From Geosiphon pyriformis uo1 (Eukaryota; Fungi; Glomeromycota): 64,000 nt of DNA. The position numbers and the translations under genes are program-made. The stretch is taken from positions 176,302-240,301 of the forward strand of contig JAAOMT010000263.1 of NCBI GenBank assembly GCA_016748015.1, in the 5' to 3' direction. Shown in pieces: positions 29,001 to 42,803 of the stretch. The first letter of the stretch is position 1. Each line of letters opens with the position of its first letter. Under the pieces are notes generated by a model. It did not search any database and had not been told where the DNA came from. It worked only from the letters and a program-made list of their open reading frames with translations.

Positions 29001-31769
29001 AGTTTAAACTATTAATTATTAGAACAAATATTTTTTGATGTTAAATTTTTAGTAATAATAAATTATTAAATCTTGGTTTGGTTACACAACAAAAAAAACT
29101 AGAATATAAACAGTAATTTATTAAATACTTTAATTGAACAAATTGACTATAATATACAATACTGCAAAAAAGCTAATTATTAAAACGTTAACACTTTTTT
29201 TAAATGTATTACCAATTAATAATACAACTATTTAAACTAAATTTAACTAATTATTAGTACAACTGTTTTAATTAAACACAATAATAAACTTAAACAACTA
29301 CTCTGTACTAATAAAATTTTTGAATAAAAAATAATACCTATTAAATTATATTTAACAACAAAAAAATATTTGCAAAAACAATAAATTTTTATTTGATTTA
29401 TTAGAACCAATTATATAAAAGAGATCGAAAAAATTTTAACTATTTTTAAAAAATTATAAAATTTAAAAAAATAATAATTGTAATTTACAATATATATACT
29501 AATTTATTAACTAAATATTTTGACAAAACAAAAACAATTCAAAAAATTTTAATTTGCTATTATTAGTCTATTTTAGAAAAAAAATTGTTAAATACATTAA
29601 AACTTGTAATATCTGCCAAAAAAAAAAAATCCAATAGAAAAAAAATATATATCTAATTTTTGTTAATTAATTATTTAACAGAATTAATATTAATTTTGTT
29701 AAACTTTTAATAATAACTCTTAATAACAATTAATATATTATAATACTTATTAACTATCTTATAAAATGAGTAAAACCAAAAACTATTTCTGATTAAACAG
29801 TAGTTTTTATTGCCAATTTTATTTATAAATATATTATATATTATTGTAGCTATTCTAAAATATTTGTATTCAATAAAAAAAACTTTATAGAAAATTAAAA
29901 ATACATTACAAACTTTTATATTTATATTATTCATAAATAAATAGTCTAATAAAATATTTTAATAAAATATTATGTAAAATCTTGGCCAAAACTAGTAAAA
30001 AAACAAACTTATAAAACAAAATACTGTCTTTAGCTTTGTTTATATATAAAACTGTAAATTATAACATAACAAATTATAAGTTTTTTTATCTATTCTATGA
30101 AAAAATAGCAATTCTACCAATAAAAACTAATATTAAAACAATATTTTTTGAAGAAACTATAATAAAAAAGTACAAAAATATTTTGCAAAAAAAACTTAAT
30201 ACAATTTTTAGCTTACTAATAGAGACATAAATAATTGTCTTTGAAAAGATAAAACAGTTCCAAAAAATACTTAAGAAAAAAAAACATACAAAATTTTTTT
30301 TTTAAGTATTAATAATTTAATTTTGAATATTGTTCAAATAAAAACAATATTTATAAAGATAAGTTTTCTAGTTAGTAAAAAGAACTTTTTATAATTAACA
30401 AAGTTTTGAATAATGGTTTTTATATTTTATAAAATCAATATAAAATAATCTTTAATAATTAATCTGTGCATAATAAATAATTTAAAAAATATTACAAACA
30501 ATTTAATTAGCTATTTGTTGTAATAATATCGACTTTAATAATTAACAAAAATTAGTTATAAATAAACGCATTATTTCTAAAACAGAAGTATTTTTGATAA
30601 TATAAACAATTATTTTCTGGATTAAAACATTCAAAATACTTTTTATATTCTTTATGAATATTAAACTAAAAATTATCCAAATAATATTTTAACTATTAAA
30701 AAACAAATCATTATAACTGATAATAATAAGACACATATTGTTATTAAGCCAAAAAAAACTATTATTAAAAAAGAAAAAATTAGTAATAAAATAGATAAAT
30801 ATATACTTAAATACATAATATTAGCTATATTATTATTTTTTAATATACTTAAAAAAATAATAAAAGAAATTTTGTTTATAAATAAAAACTTGTCATATAG
30901 AAGACAATTAAAACTCTATAATCGATTTAGTGAAATTATAGAAAACATAAAGCTTTTAAAGAAAACAATTTCAAAAATACAAATAAAAATTTTAGACATT
31001 ATATAGTTAGATATTTCAAGAGTTTTAATTATTGCCAAAAAAACCAAAAACTTTTATACAAAAATTTGGTTTTTTGAATGCAAAACTTATTTTATTTCAA
31101 ATTTATAAATATATTATCAATAAAAAACTTAATTAAACTAATTAGTTTTAAATTAGATAAAACTTTTTAATTAGAATATTTTATAAATAGTTTAATTTTG
31201 CCAAAGCTTAATTTTTTGGAAAAAATAATATTATAATTAAAAATTATAGTTTTTATTAATTATTATATATATTAACTACTAATATTATATAATTAACCAC
31301 TCTATTTTTAAATAGTAATTAATAACCTAATTAATAATTTGGTTATTGACCTAATTATTAACTTAATTATTGATTTTATCACTAATTTAGTCATTAACTA
31401 TTTTCAATAGCTATATAAACAATAAGTTTTTTAATTATAAAAAGACATATTAGAAAATACAAAATATTAAAGTAATAAACTTTACTTTTAAATATTCAAT
31501 CTTTTTATATTATTTTTTGTTTAAAATATTTGAACATTTTTAAATAAAAAATTATTTGTTATAATATAGACTATTTTTCTATTTTTTAATTTTTTTATTA
31601 TCTTTTAGAAAGATTAATAACTAAGATATTTATAAAACTAATTTTATATATTAAATTTATATTAATTTAATTTGTTTTTTAAAGTTGAATTACCTTTTTA
31701 ATTATTTCTATTACTATACAATTCTATTTTTTCTTGTTATTTATTAGCTTATTACTTTAATTTGTAATA
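26040..31769 (+). mobile_element. Heavily decayed Ty3/Gypsy LTR retrotransposon (copy 1), ending in a family-B 3' LTR at ~31229-31769
   Basis: Integrase relics: KYIKTCNICQ (~29590-29620), RINI NF (RIGIDF) ~29680, INYLIK*V (IDYLTKWV) ~29750, decayed YHPQTNGL-ERFNKTLC ~29925-29980. Purine tract ggaaaaaataa precedes the LTR. 5' boundary uncertain. Confidence 0.7.
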
Positions 31770-33083
31770 TTATTAATATTCTTAAACTTATATTTTCAGT
31801 AATTTTTGTTAATATATAAAATAATAAAATATGTGTTTAACAAATTATTCAATCTAAAAACAGAAATAACTTTATAATTAATATTAAAAAACTCAAATTT
31901 TTTCTTTACATATTGACTAATAATTATAATTATTAAAAATATATTAATAAAAATATTATTAATAATTTTTTGTATTTTTTTAAAATTGTTTTAAGTTGAA
32001 ATTTTTGTTATAAAACTATTAACAAAAAAATTATATTATATTAAATTAAGATATTTTTTAAAATTAATATTGCAATAGATATTATTTTTATTAAAATTGC
32101 TTTTTAGTATTACAAATATATTATTTTTAATAGTATATATAATAAAAAAATTAACATTAAAAATCTGAATTAATTTAATTTTAAAAGATATATTTTAATA
32201 TACAATTCAAAAAACATAATTGAAAATTTGTTTTTAAACAGTAAATAAACTAACATAGCATTTTTAAAATTTTAAATATGTGTTTAGTTAAACAATTGTT
32301 TATAATTATTATAATATTAAACCTTAAAAAACCCATGTTTAATTCAAATATAAAAACTTAAATCTTATTAAATTTGTTTATTATTTAAGACTTAATACTA
32401 TTTTTAAGCTTAATTTTAGTAATAATTATGTTTTACAAAAATATTTATATTTTTTATATCATAATTCCAATGTTTTAAATGTAATTATTTATTAAAAAAA
32501 ATTTTATTATAATTAAAAAAACTATTAACTTTGTTTAATTATGTTAAAATACTTATAATTAATTGTAAAAAACTTTTAATTTCAGTTTTAAGTTTTTTAA
32601 AATACACAAAATTCTGTATCATTACAATTTTATTATTAATAATTATATTTAAATTTTTTTTATTACTATATTATTTATTTGATTTTGCAAAAAAAATTAT
32701 TAATAAATTATATGTAAAATAAAACTAAAAAACTATTAACATAAATATATTTAATAAATTTGCTAACTTATTAATTTGTTTTGTAAACATTAAATATTAG
32801 TAATATAGATTTAACAACCAAAAAAAATTATTAATTAACATATAATTATTTTTAATTTCTATTATTAATTAGCATATATTATCTTTTTAAATTATTACTT
32901 ATTATTTTATTAAAGTATTAAATATTATTATTTAATTAATAATCCGTATAATTTTTTTTTATTCATTTAATGAGTGAAATCCAAATGCTATTTAGCATAA
33001 TACATCAAACTAAGTAATCTAAACTAGGTGCAAATTATGCTTTTTTTATATGCAATTAGCCACTTGAGCCAATTAAAACAATA

Positions 33084-36000
33084 TTATAGATCTATCTTAA
33101 TAGTAATTGTACTATTTGTATCAGAAAAAAATAACAGAGTTTATAAAAACCAAAGCTTATATTATGTGTCTCTGCAATTTTAAGCAATCTTACTATACTA
33201 TCAGAAAGCAAAAATAAAGAACCATGAATATTTAAAAACACAGACTTATTACTAACAATCATATTTTTTTGCTTTATAATTGTTTTATGCTTAGTTCTTA
33301 TCAACTATATCTCAGTTCAATGACCCATATTTAAATTTTATATCAGATTGACAACTTTTTTACAGGCCAATTTAGCACAACCAAAAACAGAAACAGCTTT
33401 CAAATACCAATTTTTAAACACAAAATTCTTATACAAGACAGTATACATAGTTTTATTGAAAGAACACAAAGAAAAAAATTGAAGAATACACAATAATAGC
33501 AAGTCTAGGCCCAATCTAAAACTCTATCAAGCTGAATACAAACCAAGCAGTTTCTTATAAGTGGTAAAGTCTATCGGACAAATAAAGAAGTGATCAAAAA
33601 GTTTTACTTTTTTCCAAAGTAAACACAACATATTGGAGTACTCTTTATTATACAAATATTTTTTAATAGTAACAGACAACTAGCAATGCAAAGCCTTTAT
33701 AAAGTATAAATAAAAACCCATAGTAGACCTACTTGTAAACCCAGATGTCATATACAAATTAGAATGCCAAACCAAAGATATATGAGACCAATTTACATCT
33801 CCAATCATATTCTTACTAATAACATTAGAACCAGATTCAACTTTTTATTGAACACACTGAACTGTTCTAAAAACATTATGAGTAAAATGGCAAATATTTT
33901 TAGGCACTGTTATCCCACTGGCCTTAATAAATGTTTTTTTCAACAGGAACAGAAAATTTCAAATTAGAATGTGGAATCAAGTTAGCAAGCATATTAGTCT
34001 GGTCATTACCTAAGACATCCAAATGGTCTTTAACTTTAATCTAAAAGATATTAAGCTCTTTACACTTTATAAAATTAGCAATATTATATCTTTCAAACCA
34101 ACAGCAATTACAAAAGTCAGATATAACCAAAGTCAATTTTGCAGCACATGTATTCAAAGCTGCCTAACTATTTGAGTATACCACAACAGAGCTAGAAGTT
34201 AGAACACATTTTAAGACCAAAGCTATTATTTGCAATTCTGCCATTGTGGAAGAAACCAGATCTTTAATCTTAACACTAATACCAAGATTTAGATCAGAAA
34301 AAAATACAGTCATATTACATTTCATTCTATATATACCTAAGTTTTTCAAAAACTTATCTGTGTAAACATTAATGATATTCAAAGTAGCATTAAAAAAACA
34401 GCATTGCATAACAGAAAATTTTACAGAACTAAAATCATTTGAAAGTCATGAGCTGCCACTAAAAGATTGGGCAACAAAATAAAAAAAAAGCTTAACCAAA
34501 TAATCACAGACCAACTTAAACCAAACAGAAACTGTATCTTTAGAATTAAGCTACTTCCAATAACAAAAACTCTTTCAATCAAAAATAGATCTTTTTTTAT
34601 TATACAATTGGTCAGCAAAAGCAATATCAAACTTCTTAAGTAACTTAAAAATATTATAGAATATTGAGTCTTCCAAACTTGAAGACATAGGAATGTCACT
34701 TGAAAATTAAAAGACAGAAAAAAAGTTATTGTTAAAAAACATATTACAGTTCAAAAAAATTTTAACCACACTAGCCAGAAAATTGTTGACTGGACTAACT
34801 TTCAGCCTAGTAGAAACTCATAAAAGATGTATAGAAAATCAACTTAAAACTTGCAGATTCAAGAACTTATGAGTGAACAGATGACCAAAGACCTCAATAG
34901 CATTAAAAAAACACAACATAAAAGCCATCTTATTCTCTTCTTGTACTTGTTTGAAAAACTTCAGACTATATAAAGACAGATAATAAAAAGTCTTATTGAA
35001 AAAATTTCTAAACAAACCAATCTTTATTTTTAAACTCTTTTTAATTATTGTATTTTATTTATTGTATATACTCTTAGAGATAAAACTAAACTGGATTCTG
35101 TATTCAATAATAAAATACAGCACTACTAAGACCAGATAAAGAAACTGTTTATTAGAAATAGTCTTTTTCAAAACAATATTAGCAAAGAACTTGACATCCA
35201 AATAAGCTTTAATTAAACTAGGCTTGGACAAACTCTTAGAAAACAAGAAGATACCAAGATATCTATAAAACTTTCTTTTTTGTACAATCAAAATTGGCCA
35301 ACCACTAATTAATAATAAGGTATCTTTGACTCTCTGATTAATGAGAATAACCACAGTTTTTTCATTGTTAATTGAAATATTATTAATACCAAAGAATTCA
35401 TTCATAATGTTTAATATATATTGAGTTGTAGTCTAACTATTTTTCACTCAAATTGTGTTATTAACAAATGTATCAGCAGCCAAAAATAAGGTCAACTTAT
35501 TCTGGGCCTTTATTCTGCCTGTTTTGGCAACAAACCTAATGTTGATACAATAACTACACAAATTTTCATGTTTTTTAACTTTACACAAAAGAGGATTATA
35601 AAAGATTCTTTAGAGCAAAAGGAAAAAAACTTCACCTTAATCTAAACTATTATGTACACAATACTTATTAGTAAACTCAAAGTTTGTTATAATTTAGTTT
35701 ATTCTATTATTGTAAATATTTCTAAAAAATTTAATAAAACATTTGCACATTTTAATTTAAACCAAACTGTTTTTTAAGTAGTACCTGTCTACAAAATCAT
35801 AAACTTTTCTCATATCTTGCAAAACCAACCAAAGTTTATGACTTTTCTTTAAAGCATCTTTAATCACCAAGTTCACTGCAAAAATAGAAGACTGAATGGT
35901 AATATCCTTCAACACAAAAAAATTGTCATTACATAAAATGTCAAATCTGCTATATGTCAATAAAATTCTATCAAAAAGTATCTTAGAAAAAATCTTCTGA

Positions 36001-37755
36001 GCAGTCTCAATTAAAGCAATTGGTCTTGTATTAGTCAAAACTCCTTTTCATTCATAAGGCTTAGAAATTATTAATATTCAAGCTTTTTTCCAAAAACAAG
36101 GTACTGATTTACACACCAACAAAAATTTAAAAGATCTGAGCATCATAAAAACAGAATATTACATCATTTCCATCGTTTATTGGCAATATTAAACAAGTCA
36201 GCAGCTTTTCTATTAGGCAATTACTTACAGCAATTCATCAAAAGTAACAACAATTATAATATTAGAGAAAGCAGCATCATTAATATAAGCCAACAGCAAA
36301 TATTAACTACTCTATCAATTAGAAATCTTATTTATTACCAGTTTTTTTTTCATCCAACTCTTTATTATTATATCAATCTTAATTTTAAATTCATTAGAAT
36401 CCAAAACTAGTTTATTATCTACCACCAAATAATTTAAGACCACTTTTTAAAAAGGGCATTTCAATACACTTCTGATTGTGTGGTCTTTATTGGTAGCAAA
36501 ATTTTCTATATGCTTGTTAATAGCCAACTTGATTTTTGATTCTTTAGCTCTCAAAAATTCAGCAAGCTTAAAAACTCAGTATAATTTTTTTACACCAGAA
36601 AAAACAGACTTAACACAATTAAAATCAATATTAAAGTCTAACAAAACCCCAACTTTAGAGGTTTTTCTATTATTCATAGATGTTCAACAGCACATTAAAA
36701 ACACAAATTATTATTGGGTCCCATACAAAAAAACTTGAGAATCTTAGAAATCAGAACTTTTAGTTTGTGATATTTCAATGATTTTTTAGTGAAAACATTA
36801 TCAAAGTTCTTGAACTATTTCTTTTTAAATACTCCATTAGCTAACAAACACACAATTTTATGAATACTATTTCACATAGCATCCAGATCTAAGAATCTCT
36901 TATGTGTAACAAATGTGTCTGAAACTATAGCTGTATTGGTTTTCATAGCTTTTTTAAATCTGGTCCATTTAACATTATCAACATTTTTAAAATCAAACTT
37001 TTAATGGTTCCTATTTGTTTGCTTATGAAGAAAATTCAAACATATATCCAAAAGTCTACTCAAACTTATTAACATAAACACAGCTTAATAATTGGTATTA
37101 AAATAGTTACCAATATTCAAAATATCATAACTTACTATAGTATTGATTAGATTAGAGATGAGCATATAATTAATTGTTTTCTTAACACCTCTTAAATTTT
37201 TTTAAGTTGGGTTGCTTACAACCAAATTTTTTGACAAAAAATTGACCAGCCCTAAATTAAGACACTTTTTAAAACTAGCATATCTACAAGAACCATTTTC
37301 ATTGAAATCACTATCCATAATTACAAAAAAAGATTTATTTACAATCTTTGCAATCATTGAATTTATCTTACCAATCTAAGCAAAGTGTATTGTTAAAACA
37401 GCATCAACATATAATTCCAAGATTAAAACAGAGATCTTATTTTTGAAAAAAAGTTTGATAAATAACAGCTGACCAGCTATCTCAAAAATGTTGTATATAT
37501 ATTGTGCCAATACAACATTTATCACAATAGTAATACCAGAACCTAAGTAATCAGAGTTCAAACCAGAGGTAATTATTTAAATTCTGTCAAATCTATTAAC
37601 AATTCACAGATAAACTTTTTTTTCGGTTTCATTTTAGTAATAATAGAAACCAAATTGTTTATTTTTTTATGCCAACAAATAATATTTTTTTGCTTAGCAA
37701 GATTGTTTATATCTCTAATGTTATATGTGACAATTTTCCAAATCAGATCAGTCAT
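33084..37755 (-). pseudogene. LINE ORF2 pol (AP endonuclease, reverse transcriptase, RNase H, C-terminal zinc knuckle), disrupted
   Basis: APE N-terminus WKIVTYNIRDIN (TxNVRG-like). RT: NTRPIALIETAQKIFSKIL, LVLQDMRKVYD, FVNNTI (FVDDT), YRYLGIF, KPSL. RNase H: NVYTDKFLKNLG (VYTDGS), STMAELQII, VYSNS*AAL (DSQAA), *IKVKDHL..GND. C-terminal Cys-His motif around 33580-33640. Confidence 0.88.
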
Positions 37756-39612
37756 TAATAAGAAGAGACATTAGATATTATTCCAAATTTGTCTACTTTG
37801 ATCATTAGGCTGTTTACCAGATTAGACAGTTTTTCCAAAGTCACTTCCAACTTAACAATATTTAAAAGAGATAAAAACAAAGGAACCCCACAAATTATAG
37901 TCTTACCATTAGTAATCACATCCGAACTTTTATTCATTGTTATATTTGTCTCTTGATCCTGCAATAAAAGAGTCATTGATGGCTAACATCTAGGGCAAGA
38001 CTGGAGAACTATTAGTCTAAATATATTCAATCTCTTTGCCAACTTGTTAATTTGTTTTACAAGACTGTTAAGATTGTACTGCAAAACTGTAAATCTTTTA
38101 TTAATATTTAATATAACCAGCAGAGAAGATTTTATTTCTAAAAAGGAGCCAGAACTCATAAAATTATTTCATGCTGAAGAAAAAAAAAAAGAAAATCTAC
38201 TGACAATTTTTGTCCAAAAAACACCACCAAAAAAATAAAATAAGCTATAAAAGCTAATTATTTGACATAAATAGTGGCCAGTCTGTTTTTATTAATCTTT
38301 GAAAAGACTCTACATAACAAGTTACCAAAAAAAGCTTTCTTACCAGTAGTATACTTTAACAATGTATAACTAGATTTCTTATACTTAACATATTTAACAG
38401 AAACAAGACATGATCAACACAGATTGGTGTCCTTCAAAACTGGTGTGATTTCTATAACAACATCTAGTGACTTAGCAGAATTAAAACAAACAACCACATA
38501 CCTAGTCTTTACATATGTAACTGAATAACAATCAATAACACAAAAGATTTCTTGTCAACTAAACCAATAAAATTCCAAATATTATGAGCATTTGTTCTTA
38601 CAGACAATATATAAAGCAGTGTCCTATGACTGTTCCTAATATTTCAAGATTTTTTGTCTTTATTGGCTCTTATGACACACATAACATCTTTCTTAATCAA
38701 AATAGACTACTCAGCTGTAACCAAATTAGCATAATCTAAATGCTTAAACTTAATTACAGCTTTTTGTTATAGTTTTACCAACTGCATATTGATCAACTTA
38801 ATTTGTTTAAACTCAGATAGTGCAGTATGTACAGCCTCAGTTAATGTTCCAATTAAAATTTTTTTCATTACTACAGTCTAATCTGAATGCTTAGCAGATT
38901 TTTTAATATTAATATTTATGGAAATATTTTCAGCCTTTGCCAAATTAGTTGCCTATGCCAAACTAGATTCAGAAGTGAATATTACTTTAATAATTCTAGC
39001 AAATTTTAAAGGAGTAAAGACCTTTCCAAAACTATTGACTTTTAAAAATAATTTCTTGATTACTACTAGCTTTTCTTGAAAAAACTTTCTAATTACCTTA
39101 TCCAAATCAATATTTAGAGCAAATAACTTTCTAATAGAAACGTTGACCAAATTTTTTAAAGAAAAGAGAAAAGTCAGTAGAACATTTAACAAAATATTAT
39201 TATTATTATTATCATTACTCAAAAAGTTGATTTTTTCTAATAGCTTCTTCAGAGCTTTTTTGATCTTAATACATAAACTTTTGAGTGTCTAATCAATATT
39301 TTTATTATTCAAAGAAGTTTTATTACTATAATTAAAGCTTGTTTTTTCAATTAAACACTTTTTCTCTATGTCAATACTATTAGACTCAGTAGTATTACCA
39401 GTTTTCAAACTCCAAAAGTGATTACCAAAACTTCCAACAGAAACTTTTTTAGCTTTAACCTTGTTTTTCAAAACACCATCTCTCCTTTTTTTTCTTAATA
39501 ACACAGGCTTGACAATTTTGACATGACCAGATTCTATAAGACTTTTTTAGAATAGCAATACTAAAGTCAACAATAGTCTTGTAATCAAGCAAAAATAGTT
39601 TGAATTTATCAT
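37755..39612 (-). pseudogene. LINE ORF1 (gag-like nucleic-acid chaperone), disrupted
   Basis: Fragments KLFALNIDLDKV..EKLVVIKKLF..IIKVIFTSESSL; L*QKAVIKF..AE*SILIKKDV; degenerate CCHC knuckle near 38360-38400. Ends in TAA overlapping the ORF2 ATG. Start is approximate. Confidence 0.75.
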
Positions 39613-40183
39613 ATTAAATAATAAAAACTTCTTTTTAAAAAAAACTTTTTTAAACTTTTTTTTGGGAATTTGAGATGAAGAAAAGAAAAAAGTTTACTTT
39701 AATTAAAACAATATGTATAATATATAAATATAATTAATATAATAATTAGATCATATAAATACTTTAAATTATATAATATTTAAAAATTTGCCAAAATATT
39801 TAAAAATTCAATAAAATAGTTTATAGAAATAACTTATAGTTTGTTTAAATATATCTTTAATTTGCAAAATACTATTAAAAAAAACGAAAAATCATAAAAT
39901 AATATATAATAAGTTGTATAAAAAAAAGCTTTTCTTATTAAAAAATATTTTTTTTTTAAAATTTTAGCTTAAAATAATTAATTAATTACTATAAATTAAT
40001 TCAGAAAAAAAAGAGAAACCAATTGTTAAAATTTATATAATATTCAATTTATGATTTAATTAAGCTGAAAAAATAGAACAACTATTCAAAACATCTTAAT
40101 CATAATCAATATTTTTTTGGCCAAAAACATTAAATTAGAACAATAAATTAATATTATTAGTTAAATACATATGTAATTAATAT

Positions 40184-40479
40184 TGTTAAAATTAAATATA
40201 ATACATAAACAAATAGCAAAGAAAAATAATATTGTATAAAAAAGTAATTAAACTTTAATAAACGAATTAAATTAGTAAAAATTCAATATACAATATTAAT
40301 TTCATAAATATTTTAATTATTATTTTTTTAAAAAATAATAAAAAAATCTGAAAATAGATAAATAGTTCATATTGTTGTTAATACATTAATATAATTTTAT
40401 ATTTTATATTAATGTTTTTAGAATTTAATATTAAGTATTAATTATACTTTTCAATAAATATTTATTCAATATACAAATC

Positions 40480-40512
<33 letters not shown>

Positions 40513-40794
40513 TATTATTATATTAATTTTAGTATAGATTTGAATATAAATAAATTTCTATAACTTTAAAAAATCTTGCTTATATACTCTTAAAAAAAAT
40601 TAATAATCAGAACAATAAATATATTAACAATTTGGTTAATAATTTAGTTAATAATTAAGTTAATTATCAAGTTAATAATTACATTAATAATTAATTTTAA
40701 AAATAAGAGAGCTAATTAATAATATTAGTAACTAATATACATGACTAATTATGAATAAGTAAATAAATAAAAAATATAAGTTTTAACTCTAACA
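40184..40794 (-). mobile_element. Solo LTR, family B (611 bp)
   Basis: Termini TGTTA...TAACA; ATAT on both sides (40180-40183, 40795-40798); internal 12-bp subrepeats; homologous to 31229-31769, 51067-51709 and 55687-56338. Confidence 0.8.
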
Positions 40795-41253
40795 ATATAT
40801 CTTCTACTTAAAAAAAAACCAAAAAAAAATTTATTTATATTCTATTTAAATACAAAAATTATAATAAAAAATTTTATTTATGAATGTTTTTATATTTTTT
40901 AAAAAAAAATATAAAAATTATATTTGTTATTACTATAAAATTTATTATAAAAAATAATTTAGCCACTAAAATAAAGTGGAAAATAAAACAATAAACTATA
41001 TTTTACTTGTAAACAATTATAATACAATTAAATTAATATTTGTAATTGGGCTACATTTATTAAATGCTTTAATAATATTTTAATAGAAAAAAAGTTTGTA
41101 ACTAAACTAACCAATATGTTTTATTTATTTCAGAAAAAACAAAGAAAAAAAATTTTATTTACAATAGTTTATAATAATGCTTTAAAAAATTTTATTATTA
41201 TTTTTATAATGCTAAAATAATTTATAAATTAATAAAGTTTTTATTAATAAGAA

Positions 41254-42140
41254 TGGTTCTCGTGTTGTGGCTGATAGTTTGCATACTGATGTTAATTGGG
41301 TTAAGTCTTCTATGGTATGGCCCACCGATTCTCACTTGGTCTCCAGTTTCCCCAGCATACGCACGGCAAGCTGTCACACTTACTTTATGAAGGCTCTCTA
41401 TCATCGGCTTTCTGTTGCTGTGCGCAAGTATTTATATGATAGGAGATACCCCAATGTGGTCTGTCTGTTCTGTGGTAATGTTGAGATCTCAGATCACATT
41501 TTTTCGTGTTCTCAAGATGCCATAGGCCATGTTCGTTTGTTGGACACTCATGCTTCAGCTTGGAAGGCTCTTTCTGGTCTATCTCGCTCTTTTTCATGTG
41601 TCTCACAGGTGTTGGCTTCTTGTATTTCTGAGGTTAAAATTGGTGTTGCTCTGTGTAAGGGCTTTGTTTTCAATGACTGGTTTCAGGAGTCTGTCTCAGT
41701 TTTTAAAGATTCTAAGGAAGATACTAAAAGGATAGTGGGCTTTGTGCATGAGTTTTGTCTTGCATTTCAGGATGACATCTGGTTGGTCTGTGCCAAACAC
41801 CGGGCATTTATAGAGAGGCATGGTTTGATCCCACATGATGGGTTTGTTCCCGTGTCAATTTCTGGTTTGCCTGTGGCATTTTCGGCTGATATGATTAGGC
41901 TGTTGAGTATTGCTGAAGCTTTTGGAGTTAGTTACGGGTTTCGCAAGCTTTGTTCGTTCTTTTCGGGTATTGAGGACACAATCTCTGTGCATATAGGTGT
42001 GTAGTGTTGTTCTGACTGGCCCGAATGGCTGGTCATGTGTAGAAAATGCATGATTCACACCTAGTTTAGATCATTTGTATAATGTATAGTGCTAGGTAGT
42101 ATTTGGACCTCATTCATAAAATAATAATAAAAAATAATAA
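41254..42140 (+). mobile_element. Youngest, 5'-truncated LINE copy (ORF2 C-terminus with CLFC..DHIFSC knuckle, 3' UTR, (TAA)n/A tail)
   Basis: Open 245-aa frame 41267-42004, much higher GC than its flanks. TSD taataagaa at 41245-41253 and 42141-42149. Confidence 0.9.
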
Positions 42141-42803
42141 TAATAAGAAAATCCAAAAAAATAAAAAACAAATAAAAAAAACTAAATATATTAAATATAT
42201 TTTAGAACTTGTTAGATTTAATTATAAAAATAAAGATATTCTATTTTTTAATATTCAATTATGCTTATTTTTTAAATAAAACTAAATTTAATAATTAAAA
42301 CAAATAAATATTTAATTATATAAAAAATACATCATGTTTTATAATAATTAATATATCTAAAATATTATTTTCTTAATATATTATTATCTATTAAAAAACA
42401 AATATAAAATTGAATTAGAAAACTAAAAAAATTATAATTATATTTTAAAATAAAACCAATCAACTGTTTCAAATTAAATATACTAAAAAATTACACAAGC
42501 TATTTATCTATTTTTAATTAATATTTTGGGTTTGCAATTAATTAAAAACAAAAAAAATTAAACAGTAAAAAAAATTAAAGTTTTAAATTAACTAAATGAT
42601 TTATAGTTCTGATAAATATAGTTTTTAATATATAGTATAAACTTTAACAAATTTTTAAATTTTTTAGAACAATAACAATTCTATTTTTTAAAAAATATAA
42701 ATATTTATATATTTGTACAAAAATTATTACTATTCAACAAATATTTAATCTTAATAAAAAAATTTACAAAAAACATTTACTTAAAAAAATCAAAGAATTT
42801 AAT

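Larger units (their letters stand above)
32953..39714 (-). mobile_element. Full-length (~6.8 kb) decayed LINE with ORF1 (RRM-like + zinc knuckle) and ORF2 (APE-RT-RNase H-CCHC)
   Basis: A-tail at ~32953-32960 (T-run on +). Candidate TSD gtataat at 32946-32952 and 39715-39721. The flanks rejoin into a family-A LTR. Domain motifs are listed under the ORF features. Confidence 0.9.

Noticed and set aside
24900-32800. Possible mitochondrial or endosymbiont (Mollicutes-like) DNA insertion, given the extreme AT content
   Set aside because: No organellar or bacterial genes, rRNA or tRNA recognisable; Gypsy integrase and retroposon motifs explain the sequence.
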